Shown here: piece by piece, positions 1-9,788 of the stretch
Layout: every line of letters starts with the position of its first letter
Numbering within the stretch: the stretch's first letter is position 1
From: Blastocatellia bacterium
Lineage (GTDB): Bacteria > Acidobacteriota > Blastocatellia > UBA7656
Length of the DNA: 64,000 nt
Direction of reading: 5' to 3'
Assembly: GCA_963765495.1 (NCBI GenBank)
Contig: CAVXWP010000007.1
Location: 96,001 to 160,000 of the forward strand
Notes under the pieces: generated by a model
The model's input: only the letters and a program-made list of their open reading frames with translations
The model's database searches: none
What the model was told of the DNA's origin: nothing
Translations under genes and position numbers: made by a program

Positions 1-954
1 TTTTGAAATATCAATGGCAGGAAAGATGCGGCGTTCGGCCAGGCGACGGTCTAACACGATTTCCAGATTTCCCGTGCCTTTGAACTCCTGAAAGATCACT
101 TCATCCATCTGGCTGCCCGTGTCTATAAGCGCGGTGCCCATGATGGTGAGCGAGCCGCCGCCTTCGGCATTGCGGGCCGCGCCAAAAAACTTTCGCGGAA
201 ATTCGAGCGCGCGCGAATCGACGCCGCCGCTCATGGTGCGGCCCCGGCGGCTCGTCTCTCTGTTTGATGCCCGCGCAAGCCGTGTGATCGAATCGAGCAG
301 GAGCACGACATCGCGCCCGCATTCGACCATGCGTTTTACTCGTTCGAGCACGAGTCGCGCAATCTGTAAATGCAGATCGGAACCCTGATCGGCCGATGAA
401 GCTGTGACCTCGCCGCGCACTCTGCGTTTCAGATGAGTGACCTCTTCCGGGCGCTCATCTATCAGCAGCACGGCCAGATGGATGTCGGGATGATTGTTTG
501 CGACCGCTTCGGCGATCTCTTCTATGATCGTGGTCTTTCCTGTCTTTGGCGGCGCTACGATCAGGCCGCGCTGCCCTTTGCCTATCGGCGCTATCAGATC
601 AAGCACGCGCATCGACATATTATCGTTGCCTGCCGAAAGCTCAAGCCTCTCGGTAGGGTCAATGCTTACGAGCTGACTGAAATCAGCAATCCTTGCGTAC
701 TCATCGGGGCTTACTCCGTTGATCTCTTCTACGGCGGTCATCTGATCCGATTGCTTCGCGCCACGCCCGTTTTGCGAAGGGCTGGCCTCGCCAATTACCT
801 GCACGCCCTCGCGCAGGGAAAATTTCTGAATCAGATTGCGTGAAACGAATATATCATTCTGGCCGGGAAGGTAGTTGTTTTCCGATTGTCTTAAAAATCC
901 AAATCCTTTTTCATTGATTTCGAGAACGCCCGAAGCGCGTTGTTCAGATTCCAT
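1..954 (-). CDS. rho: Transcription termination factor Rho, short form (3' end runs off window)
   Basis: Manual translation of minus strand (missing from the ORF track because it has no stop in the window): MESEQRASGVLEINEKGFGFLR...PRKFFGAARNAEGGGSLTIMGTALIDTGSQMDEVIFQEFKGTGNLEIVLDRRLAERRIFPAIDISK, which carries the canonical Rho motifs. Confidence 0.95.
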   Translation of the reverse strand, partial: MESEQRASGVLEINEKGFGFLRQSENNYLPGQNDIFVSRNLIQKFSLREGVQVIGEASPSQNGRGAKQSDQMTAVEEINGVSPDEYARIADFSQLVSIDPTERLELSAGNDNMSMRVLDLIAPIGKGQRGLIVAPPKTGKTTIIEEIAEAVANNHPDIHLAVLLIDERPEEVTHLKRRVRGEVTASSADQGSDLHLQIARLVLERVKRMVECGRDVVLLLDSITRLARASNRETSRRGRTMSGGVDSRALEFPRKFFGAARNAEGGGSLTIMGTALIDTGSQMDEVIFQEFKGTGNLEIVLDRRLAERRIFPAIDISK

Positions 955-974
955 ATTATCTCCGTGTGTTAATT

Positions 975-1067
975 GGTGGTCGGGGGTCGGGGGTCAGTCA
1001 TCCGGCGATACCTGGTATTGAGATTCCCAATTACCAGTAATCACCGACCACTGACCACCGACCACTG
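975..1067. repeat. Inverted heptamer-array element (GGGGTCG/GTGGTCR units)
   Basis: ggtggtcgggggtcgggggtcagt ... tcaccgaccactgaccaccgaccactg, with an inner ctggta/taccag stem; between recQ and rho. Confidence 0.8.
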
Positions 1068-1071
1068 TTTA

Positions 1072-3372
1072 TCAATGGGGCAGCTCGAGCATAACCTCCT
1101 GGCGGCTCATCATAACCTCGCGACCGAAATCCGTGAGGTCCACTGTAGGATAAGCGCCGTGCTCAACCTTGATGCAGTCTGCGCCGATCAGCGCCTTGAT
1201 AAACGAGGTGATCTCGTCCTGTGTCATGTTTTTGAGCAGACCGTAAGTAGACAGCTTGTTCAAATCGTTTTGAAGCACCTGTTTCGATGTAGAGCCGCGC
1301 AGCACCGCCGCGACCGTCCCTTTCCCAAACCGATTCTTCAACCGGGCGACGCAACTGAGTATCTTCTTGACTACGACAAGCTCGGCTTCGTTCAGATGCC
1401 GCGCTCCTTCCTGCCTGTCGTCCGAGCCCAGAGCCGTTTTTGCTGATCCTGTTTTTGCTGATCCCGGTTTAACTCCCTCGGCTTTGGCTGAACGCTCGGC
1501 CCGCCTGCGGAGATCGGCCCGTAGCTCTGCTCCCGTGGGCGCGTGATCAATTATGAAATTATCGAGCGCGGTCGCATCACCTATCTTCCGCGACTCTGAC
1601 GACCGGCCAAGGGTCAGAGTGCCCGCGGGCAGTCTGGTCCCCGTGCTCGTCTCTGATGCATCCAGATAGGAACCGGCATCGGGCGCGCAGCCGGAGCAGG
1701 TGCCGCAGTTTCCAAGATGCTTACGGTCTCCGAAGTAATTCAGGATGAAACGGCGCAGGCAGCCCTTATGGTAACAGAAATCAATCATCCTGCGTAGCTT
1801 CCACTGTTCGGCGGCGGCGCGCGCGGCCAGTTCCTTCTTATCTATCCTGAGCGCGCGGGCCGGTTGCTCATCGAGCAGCCGTATTCCGCGTCCCTGATAG
1901 ACGTTGCGGTAAGTGATAAGCCCTCGCGCCGAAAGACGCGAGAGCGCGCCTCGCGTCTGGGCCTCGCTCAGCCCCAGCACAGCCGAGATGGTATTGAGAT
2001 CAAGCTCGGTCGCTTCGCGTTCGTTGATGTTGCGATTAAAGATCAGGTCGCGAATGACGCCGCCTTCGTTCGTATCATCGGGCACGGCTTCGAGCGCCTT
2101 ATCGACGGGCACGGCCATCCAGGCGAGAAGCGTGGCGTCAGACGAGCGCCCGCGCTCTATGTGACCCGACTTCTCTAAAACCACGAGCGCCGAATATATC
2201 GACATGTCGTTTTTGATGCCGACTCGCTGGGCTATCTCGCGCGCTGACAACTCGATGCTTTGAGTGCCGAGCGAGGCGATTTCCTGATAGATGCGGCCTA
2301 TCAGTTCGGGCGGCGGGTGGCTGCCTTCTATGAAAAACTGCTGGGTTCGCGTGTCGGCATAATTGAAGAGCAGCGCGCAATCGGCTGGCAGCCCGTCGCG
2401 TCCTGCGCGGCCTACCTCCTGATAGTAAGCCTCTATCGAACCGGGCAGGTGGAAATGGACCACGAAACGTATGTCCGATTTATCAATCCCCATCCCGAAG
2501 GCATTCGTCGCCACTATGGCCTGCGACTGCCCGGTCATGAATCGATCCTGCGCGGCAGTGCGCTCGGCCTCTTCCATGCCGGCGTGGTATGCCTCTATGC
2601 TGAGGTCCATCATCTTGAGCTTCGCCGATATTTGCTCGACGCTCTTGCGCGTGGCGGCATAGATGATGCCCGAGCCCGAAGAGGCGGTGATGATGTTTTT
2701 GAGCGTAGCGAGTTTCTCTTTTTCGGTCGAGGTGTGGACGACTCTGAGCGCCAGATTGGGACGGTCGAAACCGGCTACGAAGACGCGCGGGTCGGTCAGG
2801 CCGAGTTGCTCGCTGATGTCGGCGCGGACCTGCTGGGTCGCGGTTGCGGTGAGCGCGATCACCTGCGGGCGGCCCAGTTGCTCTACGGCCTCTTTGAGCT
2901 TGAGGTAATCGGGTCTGAAATCGTGTCCCCAGTGCGATATGCAATGGGCTTCGTCAACGGCGAAAAGCTTTACCTTGACCTCCGAAATCGTCTGGGTGAA
3001 GGCCTCGCTTCGGAAACGTTCGGGCGCGATATAGATCAGTTTATACAGCCCCCGGCGTATCTCGCTCAGCCGCCGGTTTGCCTCCGCGTAGGTGAGAGAA
3101 CTGTTTATAAAAGTGGTGGGAATTCTTCGCGATGCGAGTTGATCGACCTGATCCTTCATGAGCGCGATGAGCGGAGAGACCACAAGCGTCACGCCCTCAA
3201 TCATCATCGCGGGCAACTGGAAACAGAGCGATTTGCCGCCGCCCGTAGGCATGACGACTACCGCATCCTGACCACCGAGAACGGCCTCGATGACCTCGGC
3301 TTGCCCTTCGCGAAAATCTGTAAATCCGAAGTGTTCGAGTAGAGCCTCGCGTGCTCTGCCAACTTCGCTCAA
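1072..3372 (-). CDS. recQ: ATP-dependent DNA helicase RecQ family
   Basis: MPTGGGKS Walker A, DEAHCISHWGHDFRP, GRAGRDG, CxRR...CGTCSGC Zn site, C-terminal RQC winged helix; no HRDC domain. Confidence 0.95.
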   Translation of the reverse strand: MSEVGRAREALLEHFGFTDFREGQAEVIEAVLGGQDAVVVMPTGGGKSLCFQLPAMMIEGVTLVVSPLIALMKDQVDQLASRRIPTTFINSSLTYAEANRRLSEIRRGLYKLIYIAPERFRSEAFTQTISEVKVKLFAVDEAHCISHWGHDFRPDYLKLKEAVEQLGRPQVIALTATATQQVRADISEQLGLTDPRVFVAGFDRPNLALRVVHTSTEKEKLATLKNIITASSGSGIIYAATRKSVEQISAKLKMMDLSIEAYHAGMEEAERTAAQDRFMTGQSQAIVATNAFGMGIDKSDIRFVVHFHLPGSIEAYYQEVGRAGRDGLPADCALLFNYADTRTQQFFIEGSHPPPELIGRIYQEIASLGTQSIELSAREIAQRVGIKNDMSIYSALVVLEKSGHIERGRSSDATLLAWMAVPVDKALEAVPDDTNEGGVIRDLIFNRNINEREATELDLNTISAVLGLSEAQTRGALSRLSARGLITYRNVYQGRGIRLLDEQPARALRIDKKELAARAAAEQWKLRRMIDFCYHKGCLRRFILNYFGDRKHLGNCGTCSGCAPDAGSYLDASETSTGTRLPAGTLTLGRSSESRKIGDATALDNFIIDHAPTGAELRADLRRRAERSAKAEGVKPGSAKTGSAKTALGSDDRQEGARHLNEAELVVVKKILSCVARLKNRFGKGTVAAVLRGSTSKQVLQNDLNKLSTYGLLKNMTQDEITSFIKALIGADCIKVEHGAYPTVDLTDFGREVMMSRQEVMLELPH

Positions 3373-3854
3373 GTGGAAACCCTCACATCTGTTCTAATTC
3401 AAGCGGGGTAAACTGTTCAGCAGTCTCTTTGCTAAGCTAGAAAGATAGCATACGGGCGGCTCGTTTCTCAAATTCAGCGGAAGTACACGACGCTGCGCCC
3501 ACTTCCATTCGATCTGGTTAGAACGGTACTTTAACAATCACGACCGTGTGATCCTTGCGGCTCGGCTCTATACGAACCCTGCCACCGAGCGATACGGCTC
3601 GCTCCGAGATCGAACGCGGGGTAAATCGCGCGGACGTGGCCGGGGCTGCGCCGTCTGCCTATCATATCATTGCGAAAATGGAGCGGAACGGTGACAAACG
3701 AAATTGCCTCAAACAGATTCGCGCGAAGACGCAAAGCCGCAAAGTACGCAAAGGTTCTTCATCGGGCGATCAGTAATTTCCTGCGATCTCGGCAGGTCAA
3801 TCTGAGAATTATTTAGCCCCGGGGCCTGACCCTATCAGGCATAGTAAAAGAATG

Positions 3855-4262
3855 CTACTGCTTTGCAATCAAGAGTGTAGCAATGTAATAACCTTTACTT
3901 GTAATGGTTTCGGCTTTTGGTCGAGGGTCCAGCTTGACCAGTGTAATCCTGTATTGCTTGTAGTCAACCTCTTTTGGTTCCGTAGTCGTGTTTAGTTGAG
4001 CAGAAACCGTCTCGCTATCGCTTTTCGTGGCTTTGACAGTTATCTTTGCGTTGCCGGCCCAGATGCAATCGACGCCTTCGGGACAACGCGAATCTTCATC
4101 TACAGAATTGAATCCGATCACAAGCCCCTCGCCCTTAATCAAGGCATTCTGGCCTATTTTCAGTTCGAACTCCTTGTTCAGAGAGATCGTCTTCACATCG
4201 CAATTCTGCTGCGCGAACCCTATAAGGAGCGCAAATAGCATCAGGGTTATAGTCATCGCCAT
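3855..4262 (-). CDS. Secreted hypothetical protein (DSRCP..V.CIWAG motif family)
   Basis: Signal-like N-terminus after GGAAGG RBS; EDSRCPEGVDCIWAGNA motif. Confidence 0.75.
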   Translation of the reverse strand: MAMTITLMLFALLIGFAQQNCDVKTISLNKEFELKIGQNALIKGEGLVIGFNSVDEDSRCPEGVDCIWAGNAKITVKATKSDSETVSAQLNTTTEPKEVDYKQYRITLVKLDPRPKAETITSKGYYIATLLIAKQ

Positions 4263-4461
4263 GGTTGCCGCCTTCCGGGCTGTCCGGGCTGATAGAATCA
4301 ATCGCCTGTTGAGCAGACGCTTCTCTAAAAGAATAGGCTCACCCGGGCGCAGGGGCAAGCGAGGCGGCGGAAAAAAGGGCGAAGCCCATACAGGGTTCGC
4401 CCGCAATAGACATATCCCGATTCCTGACAATTCGCGTGATTGGTAACCGGCTTCCCCGGCA

Positions 4462-5241
4462 TCAGCGCTTCAAGCGGAGGGCCAGAAACAGCGCGGGGCG
4501 GAAAATTTTCCACCAGTCAACAAGCGCCCGCATCTTTGTATAAGCCATCCCGTCGGCCTTCGGCGGATACTGTATCGTCACAGGCACTTCGATGACCTTA
4601 TATCCAAGCTTTAATGTCTTGAACAACAGATACGGCTCCAATTCATAACGATCCAACCAGTCCTGCCATAAATCTATTCGCCGGTCTTTAAACAGCGAGA
4701 CTCTCATGGCGCGAAATCCGCTTGATGCGTCGGTGACTTTTCGACCTGCCAGAAGCGAAAAAAGCGTGGTGTAAGCCCGGGTTCCCAGTCGTCGGCGAAA
4801 AGGCATGCGCAGGAACTCGCCGCCCTCTTTGTAACGCGAACCCTGAGCCAGATCGGCTTCGCCTCTGATTACCGGGTCCACGAGTCGCGGTATCTGTTCG
4901 GGCGGGGTCTTGCCGCCTCCCGATACCACTACCACGATTTCATAGCCGTGCTCTATCGCGTAATCGATTCCGCTGCGTATCGCCGCGCCCACTCCTCGAT
5001 TGCCGTGACTGCGGATGACAACGGCCCCGGCCGATTCGGCCAGATCAGCGGTGTCGTCGGTCGAGCCGTCATCGACGACGACGGTCGTTTCAACAGCCTC
5101 GGCGGGCACTGCGGCCACGACTCGTTTTATGCGCTCGCCTTCGTTCCAGGCAGGCGCTACGCACAGCACGCGGGGATGCTCTAATACGTGCGCTTTGACC
5201 GCGTTCACGCGGATGTCTGGTTCATGTGCTCGTTTAGCCAT
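4462..5241 (-). CDS. Glycosyltransferase family 2 (DPM1-like)
   Basis: VAPAWNE, VVDDGSTD, GSRY, DASSGFRA; start chosen at MAKRAHE. Confidence 0.9.
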   Translation of the reverse strand: MAKRAHEPDIRVNAVKAHVLEHPRVLCVAPAWNEGERIKRVVAAVPAEAVETTVVVDDGSTDDTADLAESAGAVVIRSHGNRGVGAAIRSGIDYAIEHGYEIVVVVSGGGKTPPEQIPRLVDPVIRGEADLAQGSRYKEGGEFLRMPFRRRLGTRAYTTLFSLLAGRKVTDASSGFRAMRVSLFKDRRIDLWQDWLDRYELEPYLLFKTLKLGYKVIEVPVTIQYPPKADGMAYTKMRALVDWWKIFRPALFLALRLKR

Positions 5242-6182
5242 TCGTATGTTCGCCTCAAACCCTGCTCTACGGTTATGCTGGGAACCCATCGCAGTTCGCG
5301 TCTTATTTTTTCGATGTTCACAACGCGACGCCGGATGTTATCAATATCACGGCGGTCAACATAAACGGGTTGCACCCCGGCTCCGGCGATTTCGATTATC
5401 ATTCGCGCCAGTTGATTTATAGTCGTTTCGCGCCCGGTTCCCACATTATAAACCTGGCCGTCGGCCTTGGCCGCAAAGGCCGCAAGCAGGGTAGCTTCTA
5501 CCACATCGTCGATGTATGTGAAATCGCGGGTCTGCTCGCCGTCTCCGTGTATGCGGGGAGCGGTGCCCGCCATCGCGGATTCAAAGAATTTCGACACAAC
5601 TCCGCAATAAGGATTATCGGGTCGCTGCCGCACGCCAAAGACGTTGGAGTACCTGACGACGGCGGTCGAAAGACCGTAGCTTTCATAAAAAGCCTTACAA
5701 TAATTTTCGCCCGCAAATTTCGAGACCGCGTAAGGGCTGAGCATATTCGTGGCGTCGTCTTCATTGATTGGCAGGTATCGGGGATTGCCGTAAACCGAGG
5801 CCGATGAGGAATAGACTACGCGGCGGATGCCAAGCTCGCGCGCGGCGAGCAAAACATTCAGAGTGCCGCCGATGTTGACCTCGTAATCTTCGCGAGGGTT
5901 GCGAGTAGAGACTATGATATTGCGCGCGGCCTCGTGAATTATTATGTCAGCGTCCTTGACTGTCCGGCGAACAAGTTCGAAATCCGTAACCGAGCCGCGA
6001 ATGATCTGAAGCGACGGATGAGATGAAGGCAGATTGTCTTCCATGCCGGTGTAAAAATCGTCCAGCACTATTACCGAGGCTCCATCCGCAAGCAGACGGC
6101 CTACGATGTTTGAGCCTACGAAACCGGCCCCTCCCGTAACGACTATGCGCTGGCCTTCTACATTATCAGAGTATTTCATCAC
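5205..6182 (-). CDS. NAD-dependent nucleotide-sugar epimerase/dehydratase
   Basis: TGGAGFVG, SSSASVYG, YAVSK, GDGEQTRDF. Confidence 0.93.
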   Translation of the reverse strand: MMKYSDNVEGQRIVVTGGAGFVGSNIVGRLLADGASVIVLDDFYTGMEDNLPSSHPSLQIIRGSVTDFELVRRTVKDADIIIHEAARNIIVSTRNPREDYEVNIGGTLNVLLAARELGIRRVVYSSSASVYGNPRYLPINEDDATNMLSPYAVSKFAGENYCKAFYESYGLSTAVVRYSNVFGVRQRPDNPYCGVVSKFFESAMAGTAPRIHGDGEQTRDFTYIDDVVEATLLAAFAAKADGQVYNVGTGRETTINQLARMIIEIAGAGVQPVYVDRRDIDNIRRRVVNIEKIRRELRWVPSITVEQGLRRTYEWLNEHMNQTSA

Positions 6183-6274
6183 TAATCCTTTAATATCTTA
6201 GAAAAACAGCTTCGTATAGGGGCTCGAAAAAAACTGACTCGGAAGGATACCTTATTTTGCTTCTACATTCCAAT

Positions 6275-6410
6275 GGTGGGGGCCAGGGGCCGGGGGTCGG
6301 GGGCCGGTTATTGATGAATGTAATCGTTAACCCGGAAAACCAATCACGGCTAACATAGGTCTGCGAAAAGATGAAAACCGGCCCCCGACCCCCGGCCCCT
6401 GGCCCCCGCC
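6275..6410. repeat. Inverted heptamer-array element (GGGGCCR units), 35-bp arms
   Basis: 6275-6309 and 6376-6410 are reverse complements except for one position. Confidence 0.9.
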
Positions 6411-6412
6411 GA

Positions 6413-6421
6413 TGCTATAAT
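6413..6421 (+). promoter_or_regulatory. Extended -10 promoter (TGCTATAAT) for probable leaderless hemW mRNA
   Basis: TGcTATAAT followed by 6 nt and then the GTG start; no SD. Confidence 0.6.
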
Positions 6422-6427
6422 CTCAGA

Positions 6428-7609
6428 GTGAGAAAACAGGCAGGCATCTATGTTCATATCCCTTTTTGTGAGCGGAAGTGCACCTATTGCAATTTCAACA
6501 CCACTGATTTTTTTGAAGGGCTGGCTGCGCGCTACGTCGAGGCCGTCTCGCGCGAAATCGCTTACTGGGGCCGCCGCCTTGCCGAGCGTGACGCGTGCGG
6601 ACGCGTTATCATTGATACGATTTTTTTCGGAGGCGGCACGCCTTCCATAATCGAGGCCGGTCAACTGGGCACACTCATCCAGGCTTGCCGCGAAGCATTC
6701 GAAGTCACGCCTGACGCCGAAATCACCATTGAAATAAACCCGGGCACTTTTTCGCCCGAAAAGTTTGCCCGATGGCGCAAGGAGGGCATCAATCGCGCAA
6801 GCATAGGCGTTCAGTCTTTTATCGATCGTGAGCTTGTCGCGCTCAGCCGCACCCACACGAGCCGGGACGCCCGTCGAACGATTCTCAAATTGCGCGAGGC
6901 GGGTTTCGAGAACATCAGCCTCGATCTGATAGCCGGGCTTCCCGATCAAACTCTGACCGACTGGGAATTCAATCTGAGTGAGGCGCTCAAACTCGACCCC
7001 GAACACCTGTCGCTTTATCTGCTCGAAGTAAAGGAAGGGACTCAATTATTCGCGCAGATAAAGCGAGGACAGCGCCCGCGCCCTGATGACGACCTGGCGG
7101 CGGAGATGTATCGTATGATCTCGGCTGCGACGCGAGCTTCGGGGTACGAGCATTATGAAATCTCGAATTTTGCCGTCATTGCCGGTAATCGAAAATCATC
7201 GCTTGCTTCATACCGGTCTAAACATAATATGAAGTACTGGACCGGAGCGCCGTATTATGGCGTTGGATGCGGCGCGCATTCTTACGATGCGCGCTCGCGC
7301 CGGGTGAACGTATTGAAGACCGAAACCTATATCGACCGCATAGCCGCGCACAATCACGCGATTGGCGAAGAGCATCATCTGTCGAAAGAAGACCGGGCGG
7401 CAGAGGCGCTGTTTATGGGATTGCGCCTGACCGAGGGGATAAGCCTGATCGGGTTTCTCAGCGAGTACGGTATAAACATACGGGAGCGCTACGCGGATGA
7501 GTTATTGCGACTGGAAGAGGCTGGATTGATAGAATTCAGCGACGACCATATGAGATTAACCGGGCGGGGGCTGTTGTTGTCGAACGAGGTTTTTCAGGTG
7601 TTTGTCTGA
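6428..7609 (+). CDS. hemW: Radical SAM heme chaperone HemW
   Basis: IYVHIPFCERKCTYCNF, FFGGGTPS, YEISNF, HNMKYW; start moved to GTG 6428 because the upstream extension is a translated repeat. Confidence 0.93.
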   Translation: MRKQAGIYVHIPFCERKCTYCNFNTTDFFEGLAARYVEAVSREIAYWGRRLAERDACGRVIIDTIFFGGGTPSIIEAGQLGTLIQACREAFEVTPDAEITIEINPGTFSPEKFARWRKEGINRASIGVQSFIDRELVALSRTHTSRDARRTILKLREAGFENISLDLIAGLPDQTLTDWEFNLSEALKLDPEHLSLYLLEVKEGTQLFAQIKRGQRPRPDDDLAAEMYRMISAATRASGYEHYEISNFAVIAGNRKSSLASYRSKHNMKYWTGAPYYGVGCGAHSYDARSRRVNVLKTETYIDRIAAHNHAIGEEHHLSKEDRAAEALFMGLRLTEGISLIGFLSEYGINIRERYADELLRLEEAGLIEFSDDHMRLTGRGLLLSNEVFQVFV

Positions 7610-7647
7610 ATAATATTTTTAACATCCATTCAGAAAGGGAGAAATTT

Positions 7648-7715
7648 GCCACAGAGACACAAAGGCACAGAGATTTTTTTGTAATCTTTTCTCTGTGTCT
7701 TTGTGCCTCTGTGGC
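7648..7715. repeat. Inverted 8-mer-array element (CACAGAGR units), copy 1
   Basis: gccacagagacacaaaggcacagag ... ctctgtgtctttgtgcctctgtggc. Confidence 0.85.
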
Positions 7716-7803
7716 TGTTGCGAACTCTTCCAATCTTTGGGTTAGATAGACAGGCGAAAGAGAATCCTGTATATCCTTAACTCTCTTTTTTATTGGAGAA
7801 GCG

Positions 7804-8856
7804 ATGAACTTCATAGATTTGCGTAGCGACACCGTGACAAAGCCTACCGACGAGATGCGCGAGGCGATGGCTCGCGCCGAAGTCGGCGATGATGTTTATC
7901 TGGAAGATCCGACGGTGAATCGGCTGCAAGATATGGCCGCCGCAATGCTCGGCAAAGAGGCCGCGCTTTTCGTCCCCTCAGGTACGATGGGCAATCAGAT
8001 ATGCGTACGCCTGCACACCGAGCCCGGCCAGGAAGTTATCACCGAAGAACGCAGTCACATATTCAATTATGAGATGGCCGCGATGTCTGCCTTGAGCGGG
8101 ACTCTTGCACGCCCGGTTCGCGGGGCTGACGGGTTGCTTGATTGGCCCTCTATCGAAGCGTCAATTCGCCCGACGAGCGCATATTACATTGCGCAGACGG
8201 GTCTGGTTACGCTCGAAAACACTCACAACATGGCGGGCGGTTCCATTATGCCGCTTGAGCGCGTGGAAGAGATATGCGAGCGGGCGCACGAAGCGGGTCT
8301 CCCGGTGCATCTTGACGGCGCGCGGATATTCAACGCAAGCGCAAGCCTGGGGCGCGATGTCTCGGAGCTTGTTCGTCCCGTCGATTCCGTGATGTTTTGT
8401 TTGTCGAAAGGGCTCGGCGCGCCCGTAGGCTCTCTCATCGCGGGTTCACGCTCGTTCATCACACGCGCCATCGTAGTGCGGAAGATGTTTGGCGGAGGGA
8501 TGCGTCAGGCGGGCGTGCTTGCTGCCGCTGGCATTGTCGCGCTTGAACAGATGACCACCCGCCTCGCCGAAGACCACGCCAACGCGCAACTTCTCGCTCG
8601 CGGCGCGGCCGAAATTCCCGGCGTAACGATTGATCCCGAAAAGGCGCAGACCAACATAGTGATATTCGACATCGGCGGTACGAGCATAACGACTGCGGAA
8701 TTATCGGAAAGGCTCAAACAGCAAGGCATCCTTGCAAACGGGATCAGCCCGCGAGAGATGCGAATGGTCACTCACAAGGACGTGAGCCGTCAAGATTGCC
8801 AGGTGGCGCTCGATGTTATGAAGGAGATAATGAGTGATGCGCACAGTGATGCGTGA
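7804..8856 (+). CDS. ltaE: Low-specificity L-threonine aldolase
   Basis: [35 protein letters not shown]. Confidence 0.95.
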   Translation: MNFIDLRSDTVTKPTDEMREAMARAEVGDDVYLEDPTVNRLQDMAAAMLGKEAALFVPSGTMGNQICVRLHTEPGQEVITEERSHIFNYEMAAMSALSGTLARPVRGADGLLDWPSIEASIRPTSAYYIAQTGLVTLENTHNMAGGSIMPLERVEEICERAHEAGLPVHLDGARIFNASASLGRDVSELVRPVDSVMFCLSKGLGAPVGSLIAGSRSFITRAIVVRKMFGGGMRQAGVLAAAGIVALEQMTTRLAEDHANAQLLARGAAEIPGVTIDPEKAQTNIVIFDIGGTSITTAELSERLKQQGILANGISPREMRMVTHKDVSRQDCQVALDVMKEIMSDAHSDA

Positions 8857-8941
8857 TCCGTGATTCGTGATTTAGCAGACTTGCAAGTTGTTATTGACAG
8901 GCAAGCTTCCTGAAAATCACGGATCACGCATCACGCATCAC
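8846..8941. repeat. TGATGCG-family palindromic element, copy 1 (contains ltaE stop)
   Basis: gtgatgcgtgatccgtgattcgtgatt ... aatcacggatcacgcatcacgcatcac; core cagacttgcaagt. Confidence 0.88.
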
Positions 8942-8950
8942 TCTACACTT

Positions 8951-9619
8951 ATGAACAGACTTGTAATCGCTATTGACGGACCATCGGGCGCGGGCAAAAG
9001 CACCGTAGGCAAGGCGCTGGCTCGGCGGTTCGGGTACCTCTATATTGATTCGGGAGCTATCTATCGCGCGGTAGGCCGCAAGGCGCTTGACCGGGGCGTC
9101 TCTCTTGATGACGAGGCGGCGCTCGCTCGTCTTGCGCGCGAATCGGATATAAGACTCGAAGGCGACCCCGACCACCTGCGTGTCTTTCTGGACGGGCGCG
9201 ATGTCACAGCAGAAATCCGCCTGCCGGAGGCAAGCCGCGCTGCTTCCGTGGTTGCGACCCTCGCCGAAGTGCGCGAGGCCGTGGTCGAAAAGCTCCGAGA
9301 GATGAGCCGCGCAGGCGGCGTAGTGATGGACGGGCGCGATATCGGCACAAAGGTTTTTCCCCACGCGCAGGTGAAGGTCTTCCTCGATGCTTCGTTAGAG
9401 GTGCGTGCGCGCAGGCGATGGGATGAAGAGACGGCTCGCGGGCGCGCGGTCGAGGTCCGGCAGGTGAGCGCCGAGCTTGAAGACCGCGACCGCCGAGACC
9501 GTGAGCGTCAGGCGACCCCACTTGCAAAGGCCGAGGATGCTATCTTTTTAGATACTTCCGACCTCTCTTTGGACCGCGTAATTGACCGCGTGCTTGAAAT
9601 TGTCCAATCGCGCAGCTAA
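8951..9619 (+). CDS. cmk: Cytidylate kinase
   Basis: IAIDGPSGAGKST, DSGAIYR, DGRDIGT. Confidence 0.95.
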   Translation: MNRLVIAIDGPSGAGKSTVGKALARRFGYLYIDSGAIYRAVGRKALDRGVSLDDEAALARLARESDIRLEGDPDHLRVFLDGRDVTAEIRLPEASRAASVVATLAEVREAVVEKLREMSRAGGVVMDGRDIGTKVFPHAQVKVFLDASLEVRARRRWDEETARGRAVEVRQVSAELEDRDRRDRERQATPLAKAEDAIFLDTSDLSLDRVIDRVLEIVQSRS

Positions 9620-9788
9620 ACTTCTTATCGCTTTTGTCGGTACGCTTGGAAAATCTACCACTTCTCACTCGGTAACGAACTGAGATTGAAAAGAGAGTTT
9701 GTCACTGTATCTGCGCTAAAGAACGCGCTCGACCCGCAAGCAGTCCGGAGGGAATATTCACGGGCGCTCCTCGCATCATGAAAATTAT

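Noticed and set aside
1430-1470. GSAKT duplication in RecQ (and poly-Gly in TamB near 15405-15450)
   Set aside because: Ordinary low-complexity linker slippage
2260-3342. Long antisense ORFs (also 6350-7045, 10781-11779, 22436-23494, 30833-31684, 59096-60172)
   Set aside because: Shadows of well-supported genes on the opposite strand in GC-rich DNA; no motifs
3420-3850. Possible IS end (tctggttagaacggtact), small hairpins and a lone CGCAAAG array
   Set aside because: No partner TIR, TSD or transposase visible; cannot be supported by eye
9620-9788. Possible FMN riboswitch upstream of ribE
   Set aside because: Only cagtccgga resembles the RFN 3' end; the GGGTGAAATTCCC/ACCGGCGGT core is absent
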